From Octopus sinensis (Eukaryota): 64,000 bases of DNA. Location: NCBI RefSeq assembly GCF_006345805.1, contig NC_043019.1, positions 18,041,360 to 18,105,359 of the forward strand. Reading direction: 5' to 3'. The notes below the pieces were generated by a model. It ran no database searches and was not told the origin of the DNA. It saw only the letters and a list, made by a program, of their open reading frames with translations. Positions 26,046 through 37,866 of the stretch are shown in pieces; within the stretch, counting starts at the first letter, position 1; each line of letters starts with the position of its first letter. Position numbers and translations under genes: made by a program.

Positions 26046-28819
26046 TTGGCCTTCTTTTAGTTTTCATCTACTAAATTCGCTTTAGTCAGCCGAGGACTGT
26101 TGTAGAAGATACTTGGCAAAGGTGTCACACAGCCATGTCTGATACATGCACACGTGTGTGTGTGTGTGTGTGTGTGCGTGTGTGCATCACTTTACATCAA
26201 GAGATAACTGTTTGGTAAATAGAGATTGATGGGTAACAATTTGAAATAAACACTGGAGTTGGTCATGATAGATTGAAACTTTTTATGATGGTGCCCCAGC
26301 AAGGCCACGGTTGACTGATCGAATGAATAAAAGAATGTCTGGAAATGGTCGACACTATAATGTGTGGTTGGGAAGGAGTGGTTAGCATGCCCCTCTCCTT
26401 AGCTAAGCTCCCTTTCTGTCACCACTACCATCCTCTAAAGATGCAGTTCTACTTTCACAGAACTTTGTGCTGGGATTCAACAAAATCCAAACCATTTTAG
26501 ATACAGACTGTCTGGCCGAATAGTTCTTGACCATTTTAATACCCAAGTCAGGTCCCAAGCTAGGATTTTTGTAGGGGTTTACTCACCAGAAAAGTAAAAA
26601 CACAAGTCATTTAAAGGGAAAATTATTGTACCTACAGAGGGAAGATGGTTTGTGAGCTTGATTGATCTAGTCATTAGTCTAGAAATAAACAATCATTGAA
26701 ATCTCAAAGCTATGAGATAATGCAGGATTAATTCAAGACGATATAAATGAATACACATCAGATTTGACGGATTAACATGGATGCTAAAAGGTTTAGATAT
26801 TTAATCTGCATATGGGGAATGCAACATAGGTGCCATATAAAGCGAACATCACGTGATAAATCCCCAAAAGATATTGTCTCACAAATTGTGGACTACAGAT
26901 TCGTCCTCCTCCGCATCATCATCACATGCCCACTTTTCCATGCTGGCATGGGCCAGATGGAATTTGTTGAGGCAGATTTTCCACAGCCGAATACCAGTCC
27001 TGTTACCAACCCTCACCTATTTCCAAATAAGGTAATGTTTCCACATGGCCAGACATGTTTCATATCTAAGAATGGGAACAAACATCACTTGTAATGGCTG
27101 TGATGCTCATTTAGAATCATCTCACCAAGTCAAGACAAGGCCATACGCACACACACACACACCATGGGCTTCTTTCAGTTTCTCAGAAAACATGATAAAA
27201 AAAAAAGGTTGAAGCTGTCTTTTTCCCACCTGACTGTCACGCTGCTACCATCTATTTAGGATATTGCCAATCTCGATCACCAGATCCTGGGTTCAATCCC
27301 CAGGCTGAGCAGCATGTTGTGTTCTTGAGCAAAACGCTCCATTTCACACCACTCCAGTGTTGTGGGGGGACCAGCATGTCAAAAGAATAAACCCAGCATT
27401 TCCTCTGTGTTGTAAAAGACTAGAGAGAGCGGTTCAGGCTGGACTTGTACTCTGACCCTCACCAGCCACAGCAGACGGACCAATAGGTCGGAGGGTTGTC
27501 ACTGCCATGATTAGTAAGGAATCAACGACAAATGGTGGATGCAGCTGTTACAGCACATGCGATTGCTACAATATATCTTTGGTGCTTCGACAATTACAGC
27601 TCAGCTGGTCTAAAGAAAGGGAATTTGGCAGATTCATTCAAATGGCATCAACTAAAAAACAATTGAACTAATTTGTTTTCCTGTGAAAGTTTGGAAATGC
27701 AAACCATGGAAAATATCTTATTTAACAAAATAATTGACTGGTAACGTTTATCGTCACCTCAACATGGCTGTTCCATAGCGATTTTCTAACTGGCTGATTG
27801 GCTTGTTGCAAAAATTGATCGTTTCATGAGGAAAAAAAAAAAAAACAGGATATAAACTGAGACAAATGGATTGTAGGATGTAGCGCTATAACAAAAGCAA
27901 CTGGCACTCAAACAAGGGTTTTGTTAAAGTCTTTGAGTAATCACTACAATCTGGCTGGTTTTATGTAAATTTGGGTTGTTCTTGCTTTTGGATAGACTTT
28001 GCAACATATTTACATACACAAATTAAATTTGGAATAATTTTCTTGTGACAAACTCTGAATTGCAGAAAGAACAGTTGGCACATTTTACCAATCTTGAACT
28101 TTGATTATCAGACTGATGAAAAAAAGAAGAATTTTTTTTTTTATCTCAACCAATATAAGCTGAAGATAAACTGGTATTTGTCATCATAGGAATTGTTAAA
28201 GAACTCAGCTGTCCAACAAATTACTTTTGACATTTCCCTGATTTTGAGAAATGATTTTTCAAGAATCTGAGCTGCATTTTGAAGTTGACATCCACATTGA
28301 TATTCAGAAATCATCTTTGCTTCTTGTTAGAATCTCTGAAATTCTAATAAGCTACAGAGAGGATTTCTTTTCATCAGATTTGAAAAGGAAAAAATAATTA
28401 TTGGCTACAAAATTTATTGACAGTTAATTAAAAGCCAACAGGATTTCTGGCAGTTGATAAAAGTTTATTTAAAATCACTTCAGATCCTCACTTAAAAGTT
28501 GCAATTTGAAGGAATTATGGTGAAGTTGTGCTGCTACTATGTATTAGAATATGCTGCCTCAAGTTCTATTGTTTTTGGATGTAGCTTTCTTGAACGGGTC
28601 AGCACGAAAACTATAGATTGCAACACATTTGATCCAGGAATGTGGATTCAATTATCCAGAATTAATGTCTTTTTGCTTTTTTTATAAGTAAATTCTTTCT
28701 GTTAAACAGTTTTTGTTTCGTTTAATATCTTAAAATATGGCATGGGCTCTGTAGGCATCGAGAAAGCTATTGTACTGCAAATTATCAAGAGATATTCACT
28801 GCTGCCCATCATTTTCCAG

Positions 28820-28946
28820 AAAACCAGAATTGGAATGACGGTAAATAACTTCCGTAAGTCCAGTAATGCGGATGAGGTGATCAGTCTGTCGAAGGCGTTG
28901 ATTAAGAGTTGGAAGAAACTCTTGCCAGGAGAAAGCACAAATTCCA
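28820..28946 (+). CDS. TCEA1: TFIIS exon 3 (KTRIGMTVNNFRKSSNADEVISLSKALIKSWKKLLPGESTNS)
   Basis: TTCCAG acceptor and GTGAGT donor, 127 nt, phase 1. TRIGM.VN and WKKLL motifs. Confidence 0.95.
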
Positions 28947-29088
28947 GTGAGTAACGGCATTTCCCTCTGTTCTGGTTGTTGTTGTTGTTGTTGGTGTCAT
29001 GCTGTTGCCTTGTTAAATATGTGTTGTTTCAGAATCTCTTAAATCGTTTCTTCTTTTTTTCTTTCTCCTCTTCTTGTTTGACCTCCAG

Positions 29089-29301
29089 AATCATCATCAT
29101 CACAGTCTTCTGCTAGAAGCAACAGCGTCAACAAAACAGATGAATCTTCACGTGACAGCACGGACAGTAATTCTCATGATGTGAGCAAGAAACTGGAAGG
29201 CGATGCCAAAGGGGGCCAGTCTGGCACTAAACTAACTGACACAAGTGACCCTATACGTCTCAAATGCCGGGAGCTTCTCTTCAATGCTTTAAAAGTAGAC
29301 A
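29089..29301 (+). CDS. TCEA1: TFIIS exon 4 (Ser-rich linker to TSDPIRLKCRELLFNALKVD)
   Basis: CTCCAG acceptor and GTGAGT donor, 213 nt, phase 1-1. D.IRLKCRELL marks the start of domain II. Confidence 0.92.
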
Positions 29302-29844
29302 GTGAGTGGCGTTTGGCTGTTCTTTCTGCTTTGTTCTCTCACTCACGGGTGTGGCTGTGTGCTTAAGAAGCTTGCTTCCCAGCCATGTGTTCTCAGGTTC
29401 TGTCCCACTACGCTTCCCAATGTCAACCGCTTTACAGAACGTACTGAATGCTTTTAATGAGGTACCAGCACAGGTGTTTTATATGTGGCTCCAGCATGGG
29501 TGCTTTTCTGTGCACCAACGCAGGTACTTTCTTCATGACACTGAAACGAATGCTTTTGACATAGCCCCCAGCATTCACAAACTGGCTGACGGGGGAGGGG
29601 GATGTGTGTGAGTATTGTAGGTGTGAAACTTCAATGTTATTATTGACTCCTGCTCAAGTTTTTCTCCGCAAATAGTCTTCAGGTAAAGATTGTAACTCAG
29701 TGTAGTAGAAAATTCGTTATATTGAATTATTCAATTTAAATTATAAAGACAAACTCTTGTTGATCTAATTGGCAAGCTTTCTCTCACCTTTCACAGACAA
29801 TGTTCTCCAGTCTATTCTGTTGAGGCTACAATAAATTTCTGCTA

Positions 29845-30055
29845 AGGCGGCAAGCTAGCAGAAACGTTAGCATGCCGCGCGAAATGCATAGCGGCATTTC
29901 ATCTGTCTATACATTCTGAGTTCAAATTCCTCCATGGTCAACTTTGCCTTTCATCCTTTTGGGGTCAATTAAATAAGTACCAGTTACGCTCTGGGGTCGA
30001 TGTAATCGACTTAAACCCTTTGTCTATCCTTGTTTAGCCCCCTGTGGGCAATAAA
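29845..30055 (+). mobile_element. SINE family 2
   Basis: GAGTTCAAATT...GTCAACTTTGCCTTTCATCCTTT.GGGGTC...AAATAAGTACCAG. Related copies at ~180-330 (-), ~15380-15560 (-) and ~50425-50590 (+). Confidence 0.75.
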
Positions 30056-30094
30056 TAAATTCCTGCTACACTAATTGCTAAACTTTATTTTCAG

Positions 30095-30148
30095 ATCCCC
30101 CTCCTGGTGTCAAACCAATGCCACAAATTGCTTCAGAAATTGAAGATT
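30095..30148 (+). CDS. TCEA1: TFIIS exon 5 (PPPGVKPMPQIASEIED)
   Basis: TTTCAG acceptor. The exon ends at a U12-type 5' splice site, ATATCCTTT. Read-through hits TAG, so splicing is required here. Confidence 0.88.
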
Positions 30149-30250
30149 ATATCCTTTAGACGTACCATTTCTTAAATGAAATTGGTGCAAGTTTCTTAAA
30201 ACTTTTTGCACTCACTCATTTGCAAATGTTCTGTGTTCTCACTCACTCAC

Positions 30251-30302
<52 letters not shown>

Positions 30303-30680
30303 TCTCCTCTCTCTCTCTCTCCTCTCTCCTCTCTCTCTCTCTCCTCTCTCTCTCTCCTCTCTCTCTCCTCCCTCTCTCTCTCTCTCCTCTCTCTCTCCTC
30401 CCTCTCTCTCTCTCTCCTCTCTCTCCCTCCTCCTCTCTCCTCTCTCTCTCTCCCTCTCTCTCTCTCTCTCCTCTCTCTCCTCTCCTCTCTCTCTCTCCTC
30501 TCTCCCTCTCTCTCTCCTCTCTCTCTCACTCCTCACTACTCTCTCTCCTCTCTCTCCTCCTCTCTCTCTCCTCTCTCTCTCCTCTCTCTCCTCTCTCTCT
30601 CTCTCCCTCTCCTCTCTCTCCTCTCTCTCCATCTCTCCTCTCTCTCCTCTCTCCCTCTCTCTCTCTCCTCTCTCTCTCTC

Positions 30681-30761
<81 letters not shown>

Positions 30762-30822
30762 CTCTCTCTCATCTTGTGTCTTTTATTACTTGATCTTCAA
30801 TGTATTTCTTAACCGAATGTAA
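30149..30822 (+). other. U12-type (minor spliceosome) intron 5 of TFIIS, AT...AA as assembled
   Basis: 5'ss ATATCCTTT at 30149-30157. Branch site TTTCTTAAC at 30805-30813. The frame-preserving acceptor is AA at 30821-30822. Confidence 0.85.
30238..30770. repeat. Degenerate (CT)n/(CCT) polypyrimidine tract
   Basis: About 530 bp that are almost purely C/T on the plus strand. Confidence 0.97.
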
Positions 30823-30977
30823 CTATCTACCAAGAATTCCGAAACACTGACATGAAGTATAAAAATCGTGTCCGAAGTCGTGTGGCCAATTTAAAGGATC
30901 CAAAGAATCCTCAATTGCGGGAAAGTGTGTTGCAGGGCATCATTGATCCCTGTCGAATGGCTGGAATGACCGCTGAG
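30823..30977 (+). CDS. TCEA1: TFIIS exon 6 ([51 protein letters not shown])
   Basis: Highly conserved domain II. GTAACA donor. The 5' boundary is set by frame (see U12 intron finding). Confidence 0.92.
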
Positions 30978-33015
30978 GTAACAACAGTATTCTTTCTAAT
31001 TCTTCACAACCGTTTCCTGTCTTATTTCTTGACTCTTTTCTAAATCCTGAGGAATCGTTTACCTTTTCCTCCTCAACAATAGGGAACCTGTTCTTCGGCA
31101 GCCTTTTTTTCTTTGTTTCTTCCATACTTTACCCTTCTCAACTCCTTTATTCTCCTAGCATACAAGTTGTCCCCTAGTGCTGATGACATTTAAAAAAAAA
31201 AGAAAAGAAAAAGAAACACCAGTACTCTCTGTGAAGTGATTGGCATTAAGAATGGTATCCATCCCTTGAAACTATGCCAGAGCAGAGAGTGGAGCCAGAT
31301 GCAATCTTTGAGCCCATCAGACCCTATCAAACCATCTCAGCATGAAACAAGGGCATTAAATGATGGTGAGAATTCCAAGAATTCTACAAGCTGGGGGACA
31401 GATTGTGGAACATGGAGCATTCTTGATATTAGACATAATTAAAGTGCTCACATTGGGATAGAAAAGAAAAACAAAGCCATTGACAGAGCTTGAACAAGAT
31501 ACTTATATTTACCTGTGTGTGCATTGCACCCCTAATATGCTGTTAAATCTTGCTGCAAAATATTTTTTTCCTCTCATAGTTTTAGTTTTGCTCTGTTTAT
31601 AACCCCCCCCCCCGTTTTTTTCTGAATTAACCAACTATAAGATAATACAACTCCTACACAAGTAAATACTATATCTTCATCTGGCTGTGCAATCACGATA
31701 CTGATTAGACAACAGAACACTTGCTCTTCCAGATGTGTGTAGGATACTTTAGCTGTACAATTTTCTCTGTCACTTCGTTCTACCCGAATAGGTTATTTCT
31801 TCTACTGCCCATCATATTTGCTGTCCTATCTCATTTCTGTATCTGCATTGAAAATAACCTCCATCTTAGCTGTGAATTGCATAACAATCAAGTTCTGAAA
31901 TTGGATACTGTATGTTGTGGAGTCTGAATTGATATATTCTGATGACATATCCTGATACGATCTTCAGTTTTGCTAAAAAGACAACAGCTGAAAGCTGTTT
32001 TTGTAATCAGATCTGCTTGGTCAGGTTTGAACAGAAGCTAATCTACAACATGGTATTGAAACAATATATGACCATTCCAAAGACAAATGTGGGTTTCTTC
32101 CAAGAAACACAACAGAAGACTGGTGGATGATCCCAAAGTCTAACCGAAAATCAAGTATGAATTTTAACCTGAAAGAAAAAGCTTGTAAAAAAATTTGTTC
32201 TAATTTTGGGTGTGAAGAGGATTATGGATTATGTTTGAGAAAGATGAAAGATTTTGAAGTTTATTATCCATCCTAATTAATTAAGAAAAAAATTAATTGA
32301 AACTTTGTTGTAAATTCAAATAATTATTTTGTGGGTCTTAAATTTGAATTGTTAGCAGTTGGATGGCTCTGGTATGAAGTGGTCAAATTTTGACTTCCTC
32401 AGCGGAAGAAAAGCAGTGCTTCGGGCATTACAAGGCCTCTCTGATTGAGAGGTGGGGTGAGAGAGGAGAAAGATAAAACCAGGACTTCTGGAATATCTGC
32501 AGACTGGAAGCAACAGAGTGGAGAGTGATCAAAGCACACCTGTGCACTTTCAAATAGCCAAGTGGTGGTGTTATTGCTAAGGGTGCATTAAGTACAACGC
32601 TGTGTTTACAATTCAAACATGAGAAGAGTTCTGCTAATGGTGCATTTCCAAGTTGTTGCTTCTATCTGTAGAAATGTTACTTGATGCGATGCTCAATGGT
32701 TGAAGGGGAATAAACGTCTCGACAATAACTCGGAGCCTTTTACCTGAATTCTCAGGTCAGCTCACTCAATGCAGCACTGTGCACTTTGCCTGGCTCTCAG
32801 GGGAGTCAGTGCTGAAGCTTTGGACAATGTTTACCTGTGGTGGACAGACATCCAGTTCCATGGATATAAATTATGCCTCATCCTCTAAATTCTATACGAA
32901 TCACAGACGTTTTTTTCTTCTCTCTTTCTCATTTGTTTCATTCCATTCAGCAGGGAAAACCAGTCCTTTATATTAAGTTTACAACTCTAACTCAGTATAA
33001 ATGTTTCTTGTGCAG

Positions 33016-33162
33016 GAGATGGCCAGTGACGCTATGAAGTTATTGCGGAGCAAATTAACAAAAGAAGCCATTAATGAACATCAGATGGCTCAGACAACTG
33101 GAAGTGTCACTGATCTCATTAAATGTGGCAAGTGTAAGAAGACAAACTGTACATACAACCAG
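33016..33162 (+). CDS. TCEA1: TFIIS exon 7 (EMASDAMK...[13 protein letters not shown])
   Basis: TGCAG acceptor and GTATGT donor, 147 nt. EMAS motif and the first CxxC of the zinc ribbon. Confidence 0.95.
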
Positions 33163-34483
33163 GTATGTCAGATTTCTCTGCATTCATTTATGCCATAAAA
33201 CTTGTCTTTCATCATTGTTACTTGTTGGAATATTTCTCTATTTTATTTCCCATTTCCTTATGGACTTCCACCTTCCATCCTCTTTTCATGTTTGTACCAA
33301 ACAGGTTATGTCCCTTCGTGTTCTGAGTTCAAATCCTGTTCAAGCTAAACTTGCCTAGCATCTTTCTGGGGTCAATAAAAATATTACCAGTTTACTACTA
33401 ACACTACACTTGATATAATTACTCTTTTCCTGAAAGTGGTGCTCCAGCATGGCCATAGTCCAGTGATTGAAGCCAGTAAAAGAATTTGAACAGCCCGAAA
33501 TTTCTGATTCCCCCCTTTCATGAAGTATAACTCTCTGACAGAAAATGGAACATTACAGAGACTCTGTGTGTGTCCGTGTGTCCAGTTATAAAAAATGAAA
33601 TTTCATTTTGATGTGTTGTCGCTCTTCGAGAAGTAATACAGTGACCCACTGATTTGTCCAATAGAAACTTGTAAGTGATGGGGCTCTCATCTATCCTCGT
33701 TTGTGCCTGATTCGTTCATTGCTGATCTGTAAGATCCGGTTAATAGAAAAAAATATAAAGGCCTCTGGTCCTAACAAATGACACAAATGAGTGTATTTTC
33801 TTCAGGGATCAAGAAAACACAAGTGCTTGGAGGTAATTTATTTAAAATAGTAATAATGAAATTATTGTATACATTACTCAGGTGCCCCACAACTTGTCAA
33901 AAGTGCGTATAAAGCATATGCAGTAATGTGCAAATGTCTGGAAAGTGAACAGTGTATGAGTCAGATACATGCTTGTGTGTGTATGGAGGGGAGAAAATCA
34001 AGCGTAGTGTTGGCGAATGTCAGAAAGCATGGAAGTTTTGAAGGATGCAGTGCTCCGACAACTAACAATTGCTGTGTTTTTTTTTTCAGAACCAGGGCAG
34101 GCCCTCTCCCTCTCCTTGATAGACCAGCATTTCAACAATCAACATCTCATCTTTTTCTATTATGTTACATCCTCCAGCACTCGCTCACTATATTCATCTG
34201 TTTTCAAGGTGGTCGCCACAAATTTGAAAGGCATTTAACTGCTATATCTTGCAAATGGGGCAACTGCCTGCAGAGATTCTTATTCATTTTGTGAGTACGT
34301 GAAGAGTGTGCTTGAGTGAGTGGCTACCAACGATTGCTGCACCTCTTAACATCGTAGAAAGTTGGGGCCATGGGGAGGGGGGGTGGAATTTGATGTCAAC
34401 AAGTACATTGTTGAGTCTTTGTTTTTTGATTTATTTGTTGTCAAGCATTTCGAGTAGTTTTGTCTTTCTTATACCCCCCTCTC

Positions 34484-34537
<54 letters not shown>

Positions 34538-34550
34538 AAGCCAGTTTTGA

Positions 34551-35160
<610 letters not shown>

Positions 35161-36875
35161 TTCTTCGCCTGAAAAAAAAAGGTGGGGCTGGAGTAAGAAT
35201 AGGTGAGATATGTCTGAGTGATTATGTGGTCTGCTTCCCAACCTGAACAAGGCTATGTCTCAAATTCAATCCCTCTCTGAAGCATCTTGGACAGATTGTC
35301 ATTCTTTATGGCCTCAAGTCAACTTATTCCATTTAAGGGAAATTGGATCAGAAGAAATATGCTACCTGAGAATTAAAATAAAGGTACCTATCTGGAATAC
35401 TCAGCCAGTTACGCTTTAATTCCAGAACAAGGAATTCAGTTTATGGCACCGCTGAGTCCTAATCATCAGACAACAAATATTCCATGATGTAAACTATTCC
35501 TAATAATAAGTATATGTAGGTCCACCTCAAATGTTCAGGGATTTGTATCACCTACAAAATTTCAAGCCAAGGAAATGAAAACTGTGAGGTTGAATGAAAA
35601 TCTGCAAAGGAGAGAGAGATTCTACAAACTACAATGAAGGTAACTCCATCATGGTAGGGAGCCGGCTGTGGCCCTGAATGAAATCTACTCCAATGGAGAG
35701 GAAACAGCTTCTTTGGTGCTGGCAACATCAATAAAATGCACCAAATTCATATTGTAAAGTTGTTGTTGATAAGAAGGGTATCCAGGCAATAGAATTGTAC
35801 CAAAATCCTGATACGAAAAATAATTGTATATATACAGGACTAGCACAAAGTTGTTATTGCTGAGATGGTGGGATTATCTGGTGGTGTGTAGGAATATCTC
35901 AAACAACCGACCCGTCAGTAGAAAATTCTCTTCTTTCCATCAGGTACGAAAGTTGGGAGCCGCCACAAATGTTAGCATGATTAAAAACTAAGGATTTTAG
36001 GGGTTCTTGTGTGTGTATGAGAGACCATCTTGGAGGTTTGGGAAAACACTCCATTATAAGGACAACGATATCGTTAGTCGTCAAGAGTTATTTCCCTTCG
36101 TTTACCTCTGCCTTGGTCGAGTTTCGGCCTTAAAAGTCTGTGCAAAAATTTCTTCCTGGTTTTAGCTTTATCTTGTATTTAGGTTGCACTTTTTTTTTCT
36201 GTTGAAGTCACGTATAACATACAGTATATATGTTACGATAAAAAACACTGAAATCTGTTTGGGATTTTTAGTAAAAAAAAATATTTTTATCTTTAAAAAT
36301 GTTATTACAAACAATTAATCCCAAAATAGTTTGAAGCTTGTTGATCTCTTTTTGGACATCGAATTTGGTGGTCCAGGTTCGATTGCTAAATATCATTGCT
36401 ACTTGTATGTTTATATATACACATACTTTTTTAAATAATACCGAGTATAACTCTTCTAGGTTTGTAACAAACCATTCCTTGGTGATTCATTCTTTGTTCT
36501 GTTTTGTGAAACTATAATTCTATCTTAATGCATAAAATTGGGCCCAGAATGTGAGGACATCAGTTTGATCTCCATAAACTGCATAGTCCATCCATTCTGT
36601 TGCCAAAAGTGTCCAAATTCCTATTCACACCTCATTGGACATTCTACTTTCCATATTGTTCCATCTTCTCAGATGGCATTCATTTGCAGACAAGTCTGCT
36701 GTGACTGTTTATTCTTTTCTCGGCTCTGCTCCCCACCGACATCACACTTAGCCTCACATCTCAGCATTTTCTTTTATGCTACAGAATATCATTATTAAAG
36801 TTGATGCTTTAAATTAGTAAGAAAAAATTTTTTAATCCCATTATTAACTTGATCTGTGTTATTTTCTCTTTTCAG

Positions 36876-36884
36876 TTTTGTTGA
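36876..36884 (+). CDS. TCEA1: TFIIS terminal coding exon 9 (FC*)
   Basis: TTTTCTCTTTTCAG|TTT TGT TGA completes the canonical RWKFC* end. Total CDS 915 nt = 304 aa + stop. Confidence 0.85.
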   Translation, partial: FC

Positions 36885-37860
36885 TGTTCCAGCCATAGAA
36901 TTTTTGTTCTTTCTCTGATCAGAGACCATTGACCGCTGCCACCGCCATCGCCCACCACCACCATTATTATTATCATTAATTGTTATCATCCCTTTGCTGA
37001 AACTGGATGTCTTTAAAGAGAAGGAAGACAGAAAAGCTCTGATCAGTTAATGGTGGGATGAGTTTGTTCGTGTTTCCAGGGTTCTTAACACCAGAAAGCA
37101 ACCGGAGAACTTGACATAAAACAAATTTTTAAAAAATTGGAAGAAAAAAAAAAGAATTTTAAAAATGCACTCACTTTCCCCATCACTAAAAACATGGTGA
37201 GTTTTTAAAGAAACAAGAATTATGAAAGGATAGACCAAACTGAAGCTGGAACCTATCGTCCATCGTTTTCCACTTCCTCCTCCTCCTCCTCCTTTCTCTC
37301 TATGGCTGTTGATTTGCTGCGGATCTGACCTTTCCACTCCCACTCAGCCTTGCTCTCTCCCTTTTTCCTCCTCTTAGGGCTCTGTCTTTCTTTATCTCTT
37401 TGCCTTCCTTCTTCCTCTCTCTCTCTCCCACCCTGCTGTGTTTTTGTGTGTGTGTGTGTGTATTTATTATCTGTCTGCATTTGTTGTTGCATACATTGTA
37501 TTTTGAATCTCTGTCAACGTGTGTTTGTCGTTGCCCAACCTGAAGTATAAATTAATTTTCACAATGTGTGTCTGTGTACACACACATACACACCATTCTT
37601 CTCATAATTGCTGAATTACCCAACATGATCCATAAATATATTTATATTCTCAGTACAGACGTGTGTGTGTATGTGGCTCTGTCAACCATCCTACTACCCA
37701 TGCATGCATGGAAGACGTGTTAAACGATGGTGATGATTACATTTATATAGGGTTTCCTCTGTATAACTACTAACACATTGTTGAGATGCAAGAAGGCCTC
37801 GGTTGCTTTCACCAAAAAACTGCCATTGCTCTTGGCTTAAATTCATTCTTTAATTTTCAA

Positions 37861-37866
37861 AATAAA
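37861..37866 (+). terminator. Candidate polyadenylation signal AATAAA for TFIIS
   Basis: Hexamer about 1 kb past the stop. The real 3' end cannot be fixed from sequence alone. Confidence 0.2.

Noticed and set aside
30206-30822. Long Leu/Ser and Arg/Glu ORFs (up to 200 aa)
   Set aside because: Translations of the CT microsatellite inside an intron.
30833-30835. AG acceptor downstream of the U12 branch site
   Set aside because: Joining exon 5's terminal T to AA creates TAA and removes conserved residues.
36197-36205. TTC TGT TGA as an alternative last TFIIS exon
   Set aside because: No adjacent AG acceptor. The site at 36876 has a proper pyrimidine tract and CAG.
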